A stretch of DNA of 64,000 nt from Candidatus Micrarchaeota archaeon. GTDB taxonomy: Archaea > Micrarchaeota > Micrarchaeia > Anstonellales > Bilamarchaeaceae. Positions 28,570 to 37,369 of the stretch are shown piece by piece. The stretch covers positions 12,483 to 76,482 of the forward strand of contig CAZPWA010000001.1 in the NCBI GenBank assembly GCA_964590665.1. Reading direction: 5' to 3'. The translations under genes were made by a program, and so were the position numbers. The notes beneath the pieces are model-generated. The model did no database searches, had not been told where the DNA came from, and worked only from the letters and a program-made list of their open reading frames with translations. Within the stretch, counting starts at the first letter, position 1. Each line of letters begins with the position of its first letter.

Positions 28570-29490
28570 TTATTTTCCTAATATGCGGTATTTTGGATCG
28601 TATTCGATATCTGCGTTTATTCCCTGCGCATCGTTAACTAATCTTAATCCTTCTCCATCAAAACCAACTAAACTGATGGTTTCACCAGAGCTTGTTGCCT
28701 CTGCAATTTCTCTTATTTTCAGCAATCCTTCTCTTGTTGCTCTTGCTCTTGCAAGCGAGAGTGTTGTGTCCACAATGACTAGGTGCTTGGTCTCCTTTAC
28801 TCCTCCAACATGCCTTAGGGCATAGACTGTTGATCCTCCATCGTCAGATGAAATCTCAACTCTCCCATCCGCTTCATGATGAACCGTTACGTTAAATCCT
28901 TGATTGGGGAATAATCTAAACATGTATCTTGGACCATCCGGGGAAAGGGGTGCCAATCTTGCATCGACGCAACTTACTCCTCCAAGTTCTAACTTTGGAT
29001 GATTTGGATCCAAAACTTCTCTTAATTGACTTGGATCATATATGAAAATTGCGTGTGCATAATGGCTATTCATCGGCATATTTTCGTCTATTGCTCTTTT
29101 GACTACTTTTCCTAATTGTGCTTCTAATTCCTTTAATTTTGGGTGATATGTATAAAGGTTGAAACTTTCCGGTTTGTTCAATGCTTCGAGCATCAAAACT
29201 TCTGTACAAACTGCAGCAACAACTGTGATATTCTTTCTTACAATTATTTCTGCAAATTCACTATCCATCATTATTCTTCGTGCCTGTTCTCTTGAATTTT
29301 CCATTTCAGCACGAGGAGATTCGCAATCAGCAACTTTTTCTGAAACTCTTGAAACTAATTGGTTTACTATTTCTGGTTCTGAGTCTAACTTTCCGCTTGG
29401 ACTTTTGAGTGCTGCTTGTTTTGCGCTAACTGCTCCACATTTAAATGGCGCCCCATGTCCGAGAACGACAAACGCAGCCCCAACGCTCAT
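28570..29490 (-). CDS. Hypothetical protein. The frame stays open ~70 codons further upstream (to 29700) with no ATG/GTG/TTG, so this may be a pseudogene or use a non-canonical start
   Basis: 306-aa ORF from the first ATG. The upstream in-frame region 29491-29700 contains no stop and no canonical start. Conserved-looking Cys/His blocks (VVLGHGAPFKCGAV, GGVSCVDAR). Composition looks more GC-rich than its neighbours. Confidence 0.35.
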   Translation of the reverse strand: MSVGAAFVVLGHGAPFKCGAVSAKQAALKSPSGKLDSEPEIVNQLVSRVSEKVADCESPRAEMENSREQARRIMMDSEFAEIIVRKNITVVAAVCTEVLMLEALNKPESFNLYTYHPKLKELEAQLGKVVKRAIDENMPMNSHYAHAIFIYDPSQLREVLDPNHPKLELGGVSCVDARLAPLSPDGPRYMFRLFPNQGFNVTVHHEADGRVEISSDDGGSTVYALRHVGGVKETKHLVIVDTTLSLARARATREGLLKIREIAEATSSGETISLVGFDGEGLRLVNDAQGINADIEYDPKYRILGK

Positions 29491-29935
29491 GTTGTCTAAA
29501 ATCCTTCTTATTTCCTTCCTATTTCCATTATCTAGATCAACTGCCTGTCCTGCAACTCTTATGAATGAGCATCCACCAAGCCTTGATGGTCGATCTCTTG
29601 CTGCAAATCCAGTTTCTCTATTTGCAAGCCCATCTGCTAAAACTGCTAACGATTCTGGAATGCTTATTTTCTGATGTGCTTTAATTGCCCTTCTTACTTC
29701 TTAAACTCTATCAAGATGTAATCTAGACATAAATTTCGCCTCTATTTGCTATTTATTGTTCTTTAACTAAGCTACAAGTGAAGCTAGTCAAAATCTTCTA
29801 AATTTATAATTAGTAAATTCTTTTTTAAACCTTTTCTTTCCACTAAATAACACACTAAAATTGACGGTTATACCCATAACTTTATACTTTGCTCCATTTT
29901 AAAAAGATTCCGCACCTTCCTCCCTTTTCTCACTT

Positions 29936-29950
29936 CTTTTTTATATATCT
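29936..29950 (+). promoter_or_regulatory. Candidate archaeal TATA box for glmS (near-leaderless transcript)
   Basis: TTTTTTATATATC, with TATA about 34 nt upstream of the glmS ATG at 29981. Confidence 0.35.
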
Positions 29951-29980
29951 TTAAAAACTATCTTCGCCAATTTCTCTTTT

Positions 29981-31720
29981 ATGTGCGGAATCATCGGCTA
30001 CACTGGTCCAAAAAATGCTGCTCCAATAATTACTAATGGTCTTAAGTATTTAGAATATCGTGGCTATGATTCAGTTGGAATCGCCATACTTGATAAAAAT
30101 CATCTTGAAATACGAAAGGATAAAGGAATGGTTGAAGATGTTTCAACTCGTCTTTCGTTTTCCTCACTAAAAGGGAATTTGGCCATTGGCCACTCCCGCT
30201 GGGCAACCCACGGAGGAGTATGCCTTGAAAACTCGCATCCGCATTACGATTGCAATAAATCCACTGCAATTGTGCATAATGGTGTCATAGAAAACTACCT
30301 CGAATTAAAAAATGATCTTTTAGAAAATGAAACCCACAAATTTTCTTCAGAAACTGACTCTGAAGTAATTGCACATCTTTTTGAATCAAATCTCAGAAAA
30401 ACAAAAAAGCCTCTTGAAGCTTTTGCAAAAACAATTTCTTCTCTTAAAGGTTCATTTGCAATCTGCCTTATTTCCAAGGATGATCCAAAATCAATTTTCC
30501 TTGCAAGAAAAAATAGTCCTCTTGTAATTGGAAAAGGAAAAGGAGAAAATTTTTGTGCATCTGATTTTTCTGCTTTAATTGATTACACTCGTGATTTTAT
30601 TGTAATGAATGATGAAGAAATCTGCCAAATTTCTGATTCCTCAATCTCTCTTTATGATTTAAACTTGAACTCAAAAACCCCTCAATTTCTCAAAGTTGAT
30701 TGGGACATAAAAACTGCCGAAAAATCAGGTTATCCTCATTTTATGCTAAAGGAAATAATGGAGCAGCCTGATGTTGTCATCTCCTCATTCTCTGCTGACA
30801 CTTCTGCAGTTTCGCATCTTTTGAAAAAATACGATAAAATACATATAATTGCATCCGGAACTTCATATCATGCTTCACTTGTTTTTTCTATTCTATTAAA
30901 TAAATTGGGCAAAAGCGCTTCTGCTTTTATTGCAAGTGAATATCAAAATCAAACAATTTCTGATTCAAATGCGCTCGTTTTTGCAATAACCCAAAGCGGT
31001 GAAACTGCTGATGTTCTTCAGGCTCTTCGTTTTTCAACTGCAGCTGATAAGGTTTGTTTAACCAACGTTCAAGGTTCAACCGTTACTCGTCTTTGCAACT
31101 ATTCTTTATTTTTGAATGCAGGTCCAGAAACTTCGGTTGCTGCAACAAAAACATTTCTTGCTCAGTTATGTCTAATTTACAAAATTCTTTTTGGGGAAAA
31201 ATACAAACTGCCAATTCAAAAAATAATCAAAGATTCCCTTTCGCTTGATGAATCTATCCGGGTGCTTAGTTCAAAAATAATTCAAAACAAACACATTTTC
31301 TTCCTATCCCGTGGTTTAAGTTATCCAATGGCTCTTGAAGGCGCATTAAAATTAAAAGAAATAAGCTATCTTCACGCGCAAGCGTATCCTGCTGGAGAAC
31401 TTAAGCATGGAACTTTAAGTTTAATTGAAAAAGGTGTTTCAACTCTCTTTTTTGCCCCCAATACTCTTGATTCGCAAAAACTCTTTGGCAATTTGAAAGA
31501 GGTTAAAGCTAGAGGTTCAACTGTCTTTAGTTTTAGTGATGATTCTTCTGTCAAAACAGAATCTGACTTTTCGATTGAAACCTTATCTGCAACCCAGGAG
31601 ATTCTTTATCCCTTTTGCTTTGTCGTTCCTTTGCAGCTTTTAGCTTATTATTCAAGTGTTTCCTTGGGCATAAATCCGGATAGGCCACGAAATCTTGCAA
31701 AATCAGTAACTGTTGAATAA
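29981..31720 (+). CDS. glmS: Glutamine--fructose-6-phosphate aminotransferase
   Basis: N-terminal nucleophile MCGIIGY, glutaminase domain, two SIS domains; 579 aa. Confidence 0.9.
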   Translation: MCGIIGYTGPKNAAPIITNGLKYLEYRGYDSVGIAILDKNHLEIRKDKGMVEDVSTRLSFSSLKGNLAIGHSRWATHGGVCLENSHPHYDCNKSTAIVHNGVIENYLELKNDLLENETHKFSSETDSEVIAHLFESNLRKTKKPLEAFAKTISSLKGSFAICLISKDDPKSIFLARKNSPLVIGKGKGENFCASDFSALIDYTRDFIVMNDEEICQISDSSISLYDLNLNSKTPQFLKVDWDIKTAEKSGYPHFMLKEIMEQPDVVISSFSADTSAVSHLLKKYDKIHIIASGTSYHASLVFSILLNKLGKSASAFIASEYQNQTISDSNALVFAITQSGETADVLQALRFSTAADKVCLTNVQGSTVTRLCNYSLFLNAGPETSVAATKTFLAQLCLIYKILFGEKYKLPIQKIIKDSLSLDESIRVLSSKIIQNKHIFFLSRGLSYPMALEGALKLKEISYLHAQAYPAGELKHGTLSLIEKGVSTLFFAPNTLDSQKLFGNLKEVKARGSTVFSFSDDSSVKTESDFSIETLSATQEILYPFCFVVPLQLLAYYSSVSLGINPDRPRNLAKSVTVE

Positions 31721-31742
31721 AATAAAAAAGTTATTTAAAAAA

Positions 31743-33386
31743 TTATTTCTTTTTGATAATTTTCTGATATACTACAAATGCTCCGAATAGGATACACATT
31801 GCACCAACTAGCAAAAGTATTGGATCTATTTTGTCTGTTTTTACATTTATTGTTGTTGTAATGGGATTATATCCGACTTTGCTTATTTCTATTGGAACTT
31901 TGTCTTTATCTGGAGCTTTTATTGTAATATTCTTATTTACTTCCATCTCTTTATTGTCGATTTTAACTTTCACTTTTTCAAGCTCAAAACCTTCTGTTGC
32001 GTCGTTTATTTTTATTAGGATATTTTGACCGACTTTAGGTTCTTTTGGATCTATTGTATATACTATGTTTCCTTTTTGAGAGTTTTCATCATAAATTACT
32101 CCTGCTGATGAATACTGTGAACTCTCTTCACCCTGCGGTCGGCAATATACTGTATTGAGTCCTGCATTGAATTGCGTTTGGGGATCTATGAATCCAAACC
32201 ATTTATTTGAGTCTATTGTTGCTGTTTGCCATTCGTTGTCATTTATCCTAAACTCCACTCCGCTTTCAGAATTGCTTATGAATTTTCCCTCTATCTTTAA
32301 TTCTCTTTTATCTACTTGACTCCCTTCTTTAGGGAAGACAATTGCGCAAGCTCTGTCTGTCGTAAATGCATACTCTGTTTTTTCTTCTGTTGAAAAGTAA
32401 ACTTTGTTTTGGAAGAATTTTGGGTTTTTGGCATTTGATCCATCAACACCTTTCCAAACCAGTTCTCCATTTTCTATGTCTATTGCTACGATGCCGTTTC
32501 CACTGGTCCCAAAGAATGCCGCCTTTCTATTTCCTATTGTTCCTTCCTCAATGGTTCCAAATATATTCGCTTCTGTTTCTATCTTCCATTTTGGACTTCC
32601 ATCCATATAGTCAAGCGAGTACACGGTTCCTCCTGTATCTGCAAAAATTATGTTGTCTTGGTATACTATTATGTTGGTTCCAATCCATCGGGGCATTTTC
32701 TTTTGCCAAGCTACTGCTCCGGAATCCAAACTCACCTTATATATGTTGCCATTTAAATCTGATAAAAATGCGTAGTTATTGTTTATTGCAGGCTTAAATG
32801 GGGCAACTTCTTTTATCTTACTGTTGGTCCAGAGTATGCTTCCTGCTTCATTTATTTTTATTAATTCATTTCTATTTCCAACTATTGCATAGTCTGCTTT
32901 AGTTGCTATTTTTCCCCATATTCCACTTCTGTTTAGAAGTGTTGCGCGTATGTTTCCGCTTTTGTCTAAAAAGTATAATCCCTTGTCTGTTGAAACAAAA
33001 ATTCCGTGGTCGGTCGGAGTCATTGAATATAATTCGTTTACTGCGTTTGTTTTGAGGTTAACTTTCCAAAGCAGTGCTCCGTTTGCGCTTATTGCGCTTA
33101 CCTCTCCAATGTTCGATCCAACCATTATCATGTTATTGTTGACTATCAAATCTACTGGTTTTTTCCCTGCAACAAAATTCCAAAACTTGGCCCCATTTAG
33201 CGGGTTGATAGAATAAACATTTCCTGTTTTTGTTGTGACTATTAGTTGATTATTGAAAATTTCTGGTTTTGTTGCAGATTCTTCATCTAAAACATTTACC
33301 CAAAGTTGCGATGCAAAAAATAGATTAACAAAAATTAGACTTAAAATTATTGAAAAAAAAAGTTTGTTTTTCATCCTCTCATCCAA
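31743..33386 (-). CDS. PQQ-repeat beta-propeller surface protein with Ig-like domains and a C-terminal TM anchor
   Basis: N-terminal signal anchor; repeated PQQ-like blades (e.g. 'GTVYSLDYMDGSPKWK', 'GNIYKVSLDSGAVAWQ'); C-terminal Ig-like region; ends '...DPILLLVGAMCILFGAFVVYQKIIKKK'. Confidence 0.65.
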   Translation of the reverse strand: MDERMKNKLFFSIILSLIFVNLFFASQLWVNVLDEESATKPEIFNNQLIVTTKTGNVYSINPLNGAKFWNFVAGKKPVDLIVNNNMIMVGSNIGEVSAISANGALLWKVNLKTNAVNELYSMTPTDHGIFVSTDKGLYFLDKSGNIRATLLNRSGIWGKIATKADYAIVGNRNELIKINEAGSILWTNSKIKEVAPFKPAINNNYAFLSDLNGNIYKVSLDSGAVAWQKKMPRWIGTNIIVYQDNIIFADTGGTVYSLDYMDGSPKWKIETEANIFGTIEEGTIGNRKAAFFGTSGNGIVAIDIENGELVWKGVDGSNAKNPKFFQNKVYFSTEEKTEYAFTTDRACAIVFPKEGSQVDKRELKIEGKFISNSESGVEFRINDNEWQTATIDSNKWFGFIDPQTQFNAGLNTVYCRPQGEESSQYSSAGVIYDENSQKGNIVYTIDPKEPKVGQNILIKINDATEGFELEKVKVKIDNKEMEVNKNITIKAPDKDKVPIEISKVGYNPITTTINVKTDKIDPILLLVGAMCILFGAFVVYQKIIKKK

Positions 33387-33846
33387 GTAAGGAATCGTGC
33401 ATTCCTTTATCGACTTCTGCCATTACTTCTTTTGGCTTTTTAGAGTCGACTGTTACGCCCATACTGACGCAGCTACCTAGGATTTCCTTGATGATCATTT
33501 TTGTGTCTTTTCCAAGTGAATTGCTTTTTGCTTTTGCAATTGTGATCAATTTAGCAAATGAAACATTCCCTGCTGGTGCTTCTCTGTTTCCTGCCCCCTT
33601 TTCAATTCCTGCTTCCTTTTTAATCAATTCGGCAGTTGGAGGTGTTCCTACTTCTATTGTGAATGTTTTGGTCTTTGGATCGACAATTACCTTTACTGGA
33701 ACTTTCATTCCTTTGAACGCTTTTGTCGATTCGTTTATTTTTGCTACGACTTGTGCTGCATTGACCCCAAGTGGTCCCAATGCTGGACCTAAAGGCGGAC
33801 CTGCTGTTGCGCTTCCTCCTTCGACTATAACATCAATAGTTTTCAT
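33379..33846 (-). CDS. rpl11: 50S ribosomal protein L11 (uL11)
   Basis: 'GGSATAGPPLGPALGPLGVN' L11 N-terminal signature; 155 aa. Confidence 0.9.
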   Translation of the reverse strand: MKTIDVIVEGGSATAGPPLGPALGPLGVNAAQVVAKINESTKAFKGMKVPVKVIVDPKTKTFTIEVGTPPTAELIKKEAGIEKGAGNREAPAGNVSFAKLITIAKAKSNSLGKDTKMIIKEILGSCVSMGVTVDSKKPKEVMAEVDKGMHDSLLG

Positions 33847-33879
33847 AAAAATACCTGTGAATATTCAGTTAGTAATGCT

Positions 33880-35109
33880 TTAAAAACCAATCAACTCATG
33901 GAAAAGCCCTATTATCTTATTTACCAGTCCTTTTCCACTTTCTTTTGGTCCATCATCCTGGCTTTCTTCCATTTCGTATTCAAAGTCTTCTCTGCTGGCT
34001 CTGATCTCCTTTGTTTTTGATCTGCTACTTTTTGCCTTGCTCTTTGCCATTGCCTTTATTCTCTTATTTTTTGCAAATTTGGCAACTTTTGCCAGTATTT
34101 GCGGATTCTCTATCTTATCTACTAATAATTTTTCAACTGCAATTTCCTTAACTTCTTTTGCAATTGTCAAAAGTATTCTTTCATCTTCTATCTCTTCTAC
34201 TCTTTCAGAGAGGATTTTAGCAATTTTTCCCTTGGCTTTCTTTGATTTACAATATCTTATTGCGCTGCAGAGCGTTTGAGTGTCTGATTTTATTGCCTTA
34301 ATTAATCTATCTGCCTGCTGCATATTGTTTGAAGATGCAATTAACGCAACTATCCCTCGCGAGTAGTCTCTCTTCATGGTTTGTGCTATTTCTTTTATGT
34401 CTCTTTCTTCGCTTTTTGTTGATATCTCTTGTGCGATTTCGAAGTCTTGTGCTATTTTTTCAATCAGCGTTTGGTCTTGAGTGTTTGCAATTGCTCCTAG
34501 TATATTTATTACTGTTCTTGAATCGTAAACCTCTTCTAATTCTACTGCTCCGTCGACTTCCCTTACTCTTGCAATTGCGTCCATTTTGGTTTGAATGTAG
34601 TTTGTTTCTTTTGCAATCTCCTTTATCTTATCTATGCTTTCGACGTTTGTAAGTGCGACATCTCTAATATTTTTGTCTTCGTGGCCTTTTGCCATTGCTA
34701 CAAAAAATTCCTCATCTTCCAATTCATCTGCAATGGTTGCTAGTTTTTCAAGCGCTATTTTTCTGACTTCCAAATCGTCCGATTCGACGCATATGTCTAA
34801 AAGCGCTTTTTTATCCATTCCAACTTCATTGAGTGCGTATAATCTTGCTTCTGCTTTGCTGGAATTTACTGCAAAATATTCAAAAGCTTCTGTTTCTTTC
34901 ATGTTTGAAAGCTGTCTCATTCCAGTTGTGATTCTTTCTGAATTATCATCTTCAATCATGCTTTCTATTTCTTCAATTTCAAAGTCCAAGTCATTTGTGC
35001 TGCTATTGATTTGAGAAGAACTTTGTTTAGTGAATTTTTTAACCTGTGAAAAATCTTCCTCTTCTTCTTTTTCTATTTTGTTTTTCATCATTCGCTTCGC
35101 CTTGCTCAT
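33880..35109 (-). CDS. Hypothetical HEAT/ARM-like repeat protein with an acidic N-terminus and a basic C-terminus
   Basis: 409 aa, helical-repeat character (EVRKIALEKLATIADE..., NIRDVALTNVESI...). No catalytic motif. Immediately upstream of rpl11. Confidence 0.4.
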   Translation of the reverse strand: MSKAKRMMKNKIEKEEEEDFSQVKKFTKQSSSQINSSTNDLDFEIEEIESMIEDDNSERITTGMRQLSNMKETEAFEYFAVNSSKAEARLYALNEVGMDKKALLDICVESDDLEVRKIALEKLATIADELEDEEFFVAMAKGHEDKNIRDVALTNVESIDKIKEIAKETNYIQTKMDAIARVREVDGAVELEEVYDSRTVINILGAIANTQDQTLIEKIAQDFEIAQEISTKSEERDIKEIAQTMKRDYSRGIVALIASSNNMQQADRLIKAIKSDTQTLCSAIRYCKSKKAKGKIAKILSERVEEIEDERILLTIAKEVKEIAVEKLLVDKIENPQILAKVAKFAKNKRIKAMAKSKAKSSRSKTKEIRASREDFEYEMEESQDDGPKESGKGLVNKIIGLFHELIGF

Positions 35110-35184
35110 CCAATTTTCACCTTTCCCACTCGAAAGAACAAACCCAATATTTATAAATGTTTTTCCGTCTTTTGTCTTTTCTCT

Positions 35185-35901
35185 CTATTCTTTTTCCATT
35201 TTTTGGAAATACTCTTCTTCCAAAAAGTGCATCTTTTCTCCCGGTATTATTACTGCAAATGGAGCATCTCCCATTTCTTTTTTTCCGAGGTTTTGGATTC
35301 TTCCAAAACTTATTTTTTCATTTTCCCTACCAATTCGCGATATTACTATGGCCCGCTCAAATTCCCCAAGCATCTCAAGTGCCGCCTTCGCTTCCATTGG
35401 TTTTGGCTCCGTGTCAAGCAGAACTAATGTATGCAAATTATTCTTGTAATTTTCCCTAATCAACTCAATTGATGAAGTTGGCTTGTAGTTTTCTCTTGGA
35501 TTAACTAATGTGACAACCCTTCCAAATTTGTATGCCTGAAGCCCACTTACTCCCTTTGCTGCTGAAAAAATCGATGAATTATGCACTGTTTTACACTCTA
35601 TTTCTTTTTCCTTTGCGCTCATTACCAACGTAATGTGTGTTGTTGCAATCAATGGATCTCCCGAAACCAAAAGCGCAACTCTTTTTTTTGCTGCCTTTTC
35701 AATTAAGAAATTTCCTTCAACTTGTTCTCTTCCAATTATTATGATTTTATTTCCTATTTCCTTTTCTAATTTTTCAATTTCTTCTTGTGTAAATGGATTA
35801 GTGTAGTTTTCCAGATATATTTCATCTGCTTCCTTGCTCTTTCTAAGGCCTTGAAGAGTTAAGTCTAACCCTACTCCCAAACCTACTAAAACTAGGCTCA
35901 T
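35185..35901 (-). CDS. dphB: Diphthine synthase (tetrapyrrole-methylase fold)
   Basis: 'MSLVLVGLGVGLDLTLQGL...ADEIYLENYTN' and 'LLVSGDPLIATTH'; 238 aa. Confidence 0.85.
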   Translation of the reverse strand: MSLVLVGLGVGLDLTLQGLRKSKEADEIYLENYTNPFTQEEIEKLEKEIGNKIIIIGREQVEGNFLIEKAAKKRVALLVSGDPLIATTHITLVMSAKEKEIECKTVHNSSIFSAAKGVSGLQAYKFGRVVTLVNPRENYKPTSSIELIRENYKNNLHTLVLLDTEPKPMEAKAALEMLGEFERAIVISRIGRENEKISFGRIQNLGKKEMGDAPFAVIIPGEKMHFLEEEYFQKMEKE

Positions 35902-35944
35902 TATCTAAAATCTTAATACAACGTCTTATAAATTCGATATTTTG

Positions 35945-36421
35945 CTATTTTTTGTCAAGTTCTTCTATTTTTAGTCTGCTTTTTAGTGTTTCTATCTTGT
36001 TTTTTTGCGAAAAACCCTGTTTGACTTCTAAGACATATTTTGCCTCTGCTTTTGGGACGTATTGAGGACAGTTCATTATGCTTTTACATGGATCCATTTT
36101 CACAATATCTACCAGTTGTCCATTTTCTGAAAAATGCAAAGCTTCAAGCGGGATTGTTGTATTCATCATCCAAAATATTTGTTTTCTTTGGGTTGAAAAA
36201 ACAAAAAGCATCCCTTCGTTTTCTCCAATTTTATCTCTCCACATAAGTCCTTTCATCTGATCTGGAATGCTTTTGGCAATTTCAGCATCAACAATTATTT
36301 CCTTTCCCTCTTCTGTGGTGATGGATATTTGTTTTTTTCCCGCTTTTGAAGAAAATATGAAAAACGCTATCATCAGTAGGAAAACCAAACCAACAATTAT
36401 CAAGATTTCGTTTGTTTTCAT
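35945..36421 (-). CDS. DUF192-domain protein with an N-terminal signal anchor
   Basis: 'GLMWRD...GMLFVF....IFWMMNTTIPL' matches DUF192; 158 aa. Confidence 0.65.
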   Translation of the reverse strand: MKTNEILIIVGLVFLLMIAFFIFSSKAGKKQISITTEEGKEIIVDAEIAKSIPDQMKGLMWRDKIGENEGMLFVFSTQRKQIFWMMNTTIPLEALHFSENGQLVDIVKMDPCKSIMNCPQYVPKAEAKYVLEVKQGFSQKNKIETLKSRLKIEELDKK

Positions 36422-36435
36422 TTTTTCCTCTCTTT

Positions 36436-37365
36436 TTACTCATCTATTATCCGAGGCTTTTTATTTTCCCCTGAAATTATCATGCTCTGTGTTTTATATT
36501 TTCCATTTTCCTTGTGTATTCCTTTTAGTAAATCTCCGTCTGTTACTCCAGTTGCAACAAAAATCGCATCTTCTGTTTTGACTAATTCATCCATGGTATA
36601 TATTTTGTCAAAATCATTAATGCCCATTTTTTTTGCTCTTTGTTTCTCCTCGTCATTTCTAAATTTTAATCTTCCTTCTAAGTAGCCGCCGACACATTTG
36701 AGTGCAGTTGCCGCTAAAACTCCTTCAGGTGCTGCTCCAATTCCAATTAGCATGTCTGCTTTTGTGTGTTCAAATGCAGTCATCACTGCTCCAAAAACAT
36801 CTCCATCACTAATTAATCTTACGTTTGCGCCTTTTTTCTTTATTCTTTCAATGAGTTCTTGGTGTCTTGGCCTATCTAAAACAACTACTGTTATCTGGTT
36901 CATTTCTTTGTGTGTTTTTTTGGAAATGGCATCTAAATTTTCCTCTATTGTTTTACTTAACGAAACCACTTTTCCTATTTTTGGTCCAACTGCAATTTTT
37001 TCCATGTATGTATCTGGCGCATGAAATAAGCTTCCTTTTGGACCTGCGGCAAGAACGCAAATTGCCCCTGCTTTATTTTCCGCTGCTAAATTTGTCCCTT
37101 CTAATGGATCAACTGCAATATCTACTTTCAGGCCGCTTCCATCTCCCAGTTTTTCTCCAATAAAAAGCATCGGAGCTTCATCTCGTTCTCCTTCTCCAAT
37201 TACAACTGTTCCATCGAATTTGATTTGGTTGAATGTTTCTCTCATTGCTTTTGTTGCCGCATCATCTGCGGCATGCCTATCTCCCTTTCCAACCCAATTA
37301 TAGCTTCCAATTGCGGCTGCTTGTGCAACTTTCAAAAATGATGATTGAAGATCACTTACTTTCAT
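36436..37365 (-). CDS. glpX: Fructose-1,6-bisphosphatase class II (GlpX type)
   Basis: 'VAQAAAIGSYNWVGKGDRHAADDAATKAMR' and 'IAVDPLEGTNLAA' GlpX signatures; 309 aa. Confidence 0.85.
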   Translation of the reverse strand: MKVSDLQSSFLKVAQAAAIGSYNWVGKGDRHAADDAATKAMRETFNQIKFDGTVVIGEGERDEAPMLFIGEKLGDGSGLKVDIAVDPLEGTNLAAENKAGAICVLAAGPKGSLFHAPDTYMEKIAVGPKIGKVVSLSKTIEENLDAISKKTHKEMNQITVVVLDRPRHQELIERIKKKGANVRLISDGDVFGAVMTAFEHTKADMLIGIGAAPEGVLAATALKCVGGYLEGRLKFRNDEEKQRAKKMGINDFDKIYTMDELVKTEDAIFVATGVTDGDLLKGIHKENGKYKTQSMIISGENKKPRIIDE

Positions 37366-37369
37366 ATTT

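Noticed and set aside
28570-29490. Possible circularly permuted or second beta-carbonic anhydrase (GHGAPFKCGAV and CVDAR motifs resemble the beta-CA HxxCG and CxDxR zinc motifs, and the neighbouring gene is a true beta-CA)
   Set aside because: His-to-Cys spacing is H-x5-C, not HxxC. The motif order is reversed relative to beta-CA and nothing else supports the CA fold. Treated as an unclassified hypothetical.
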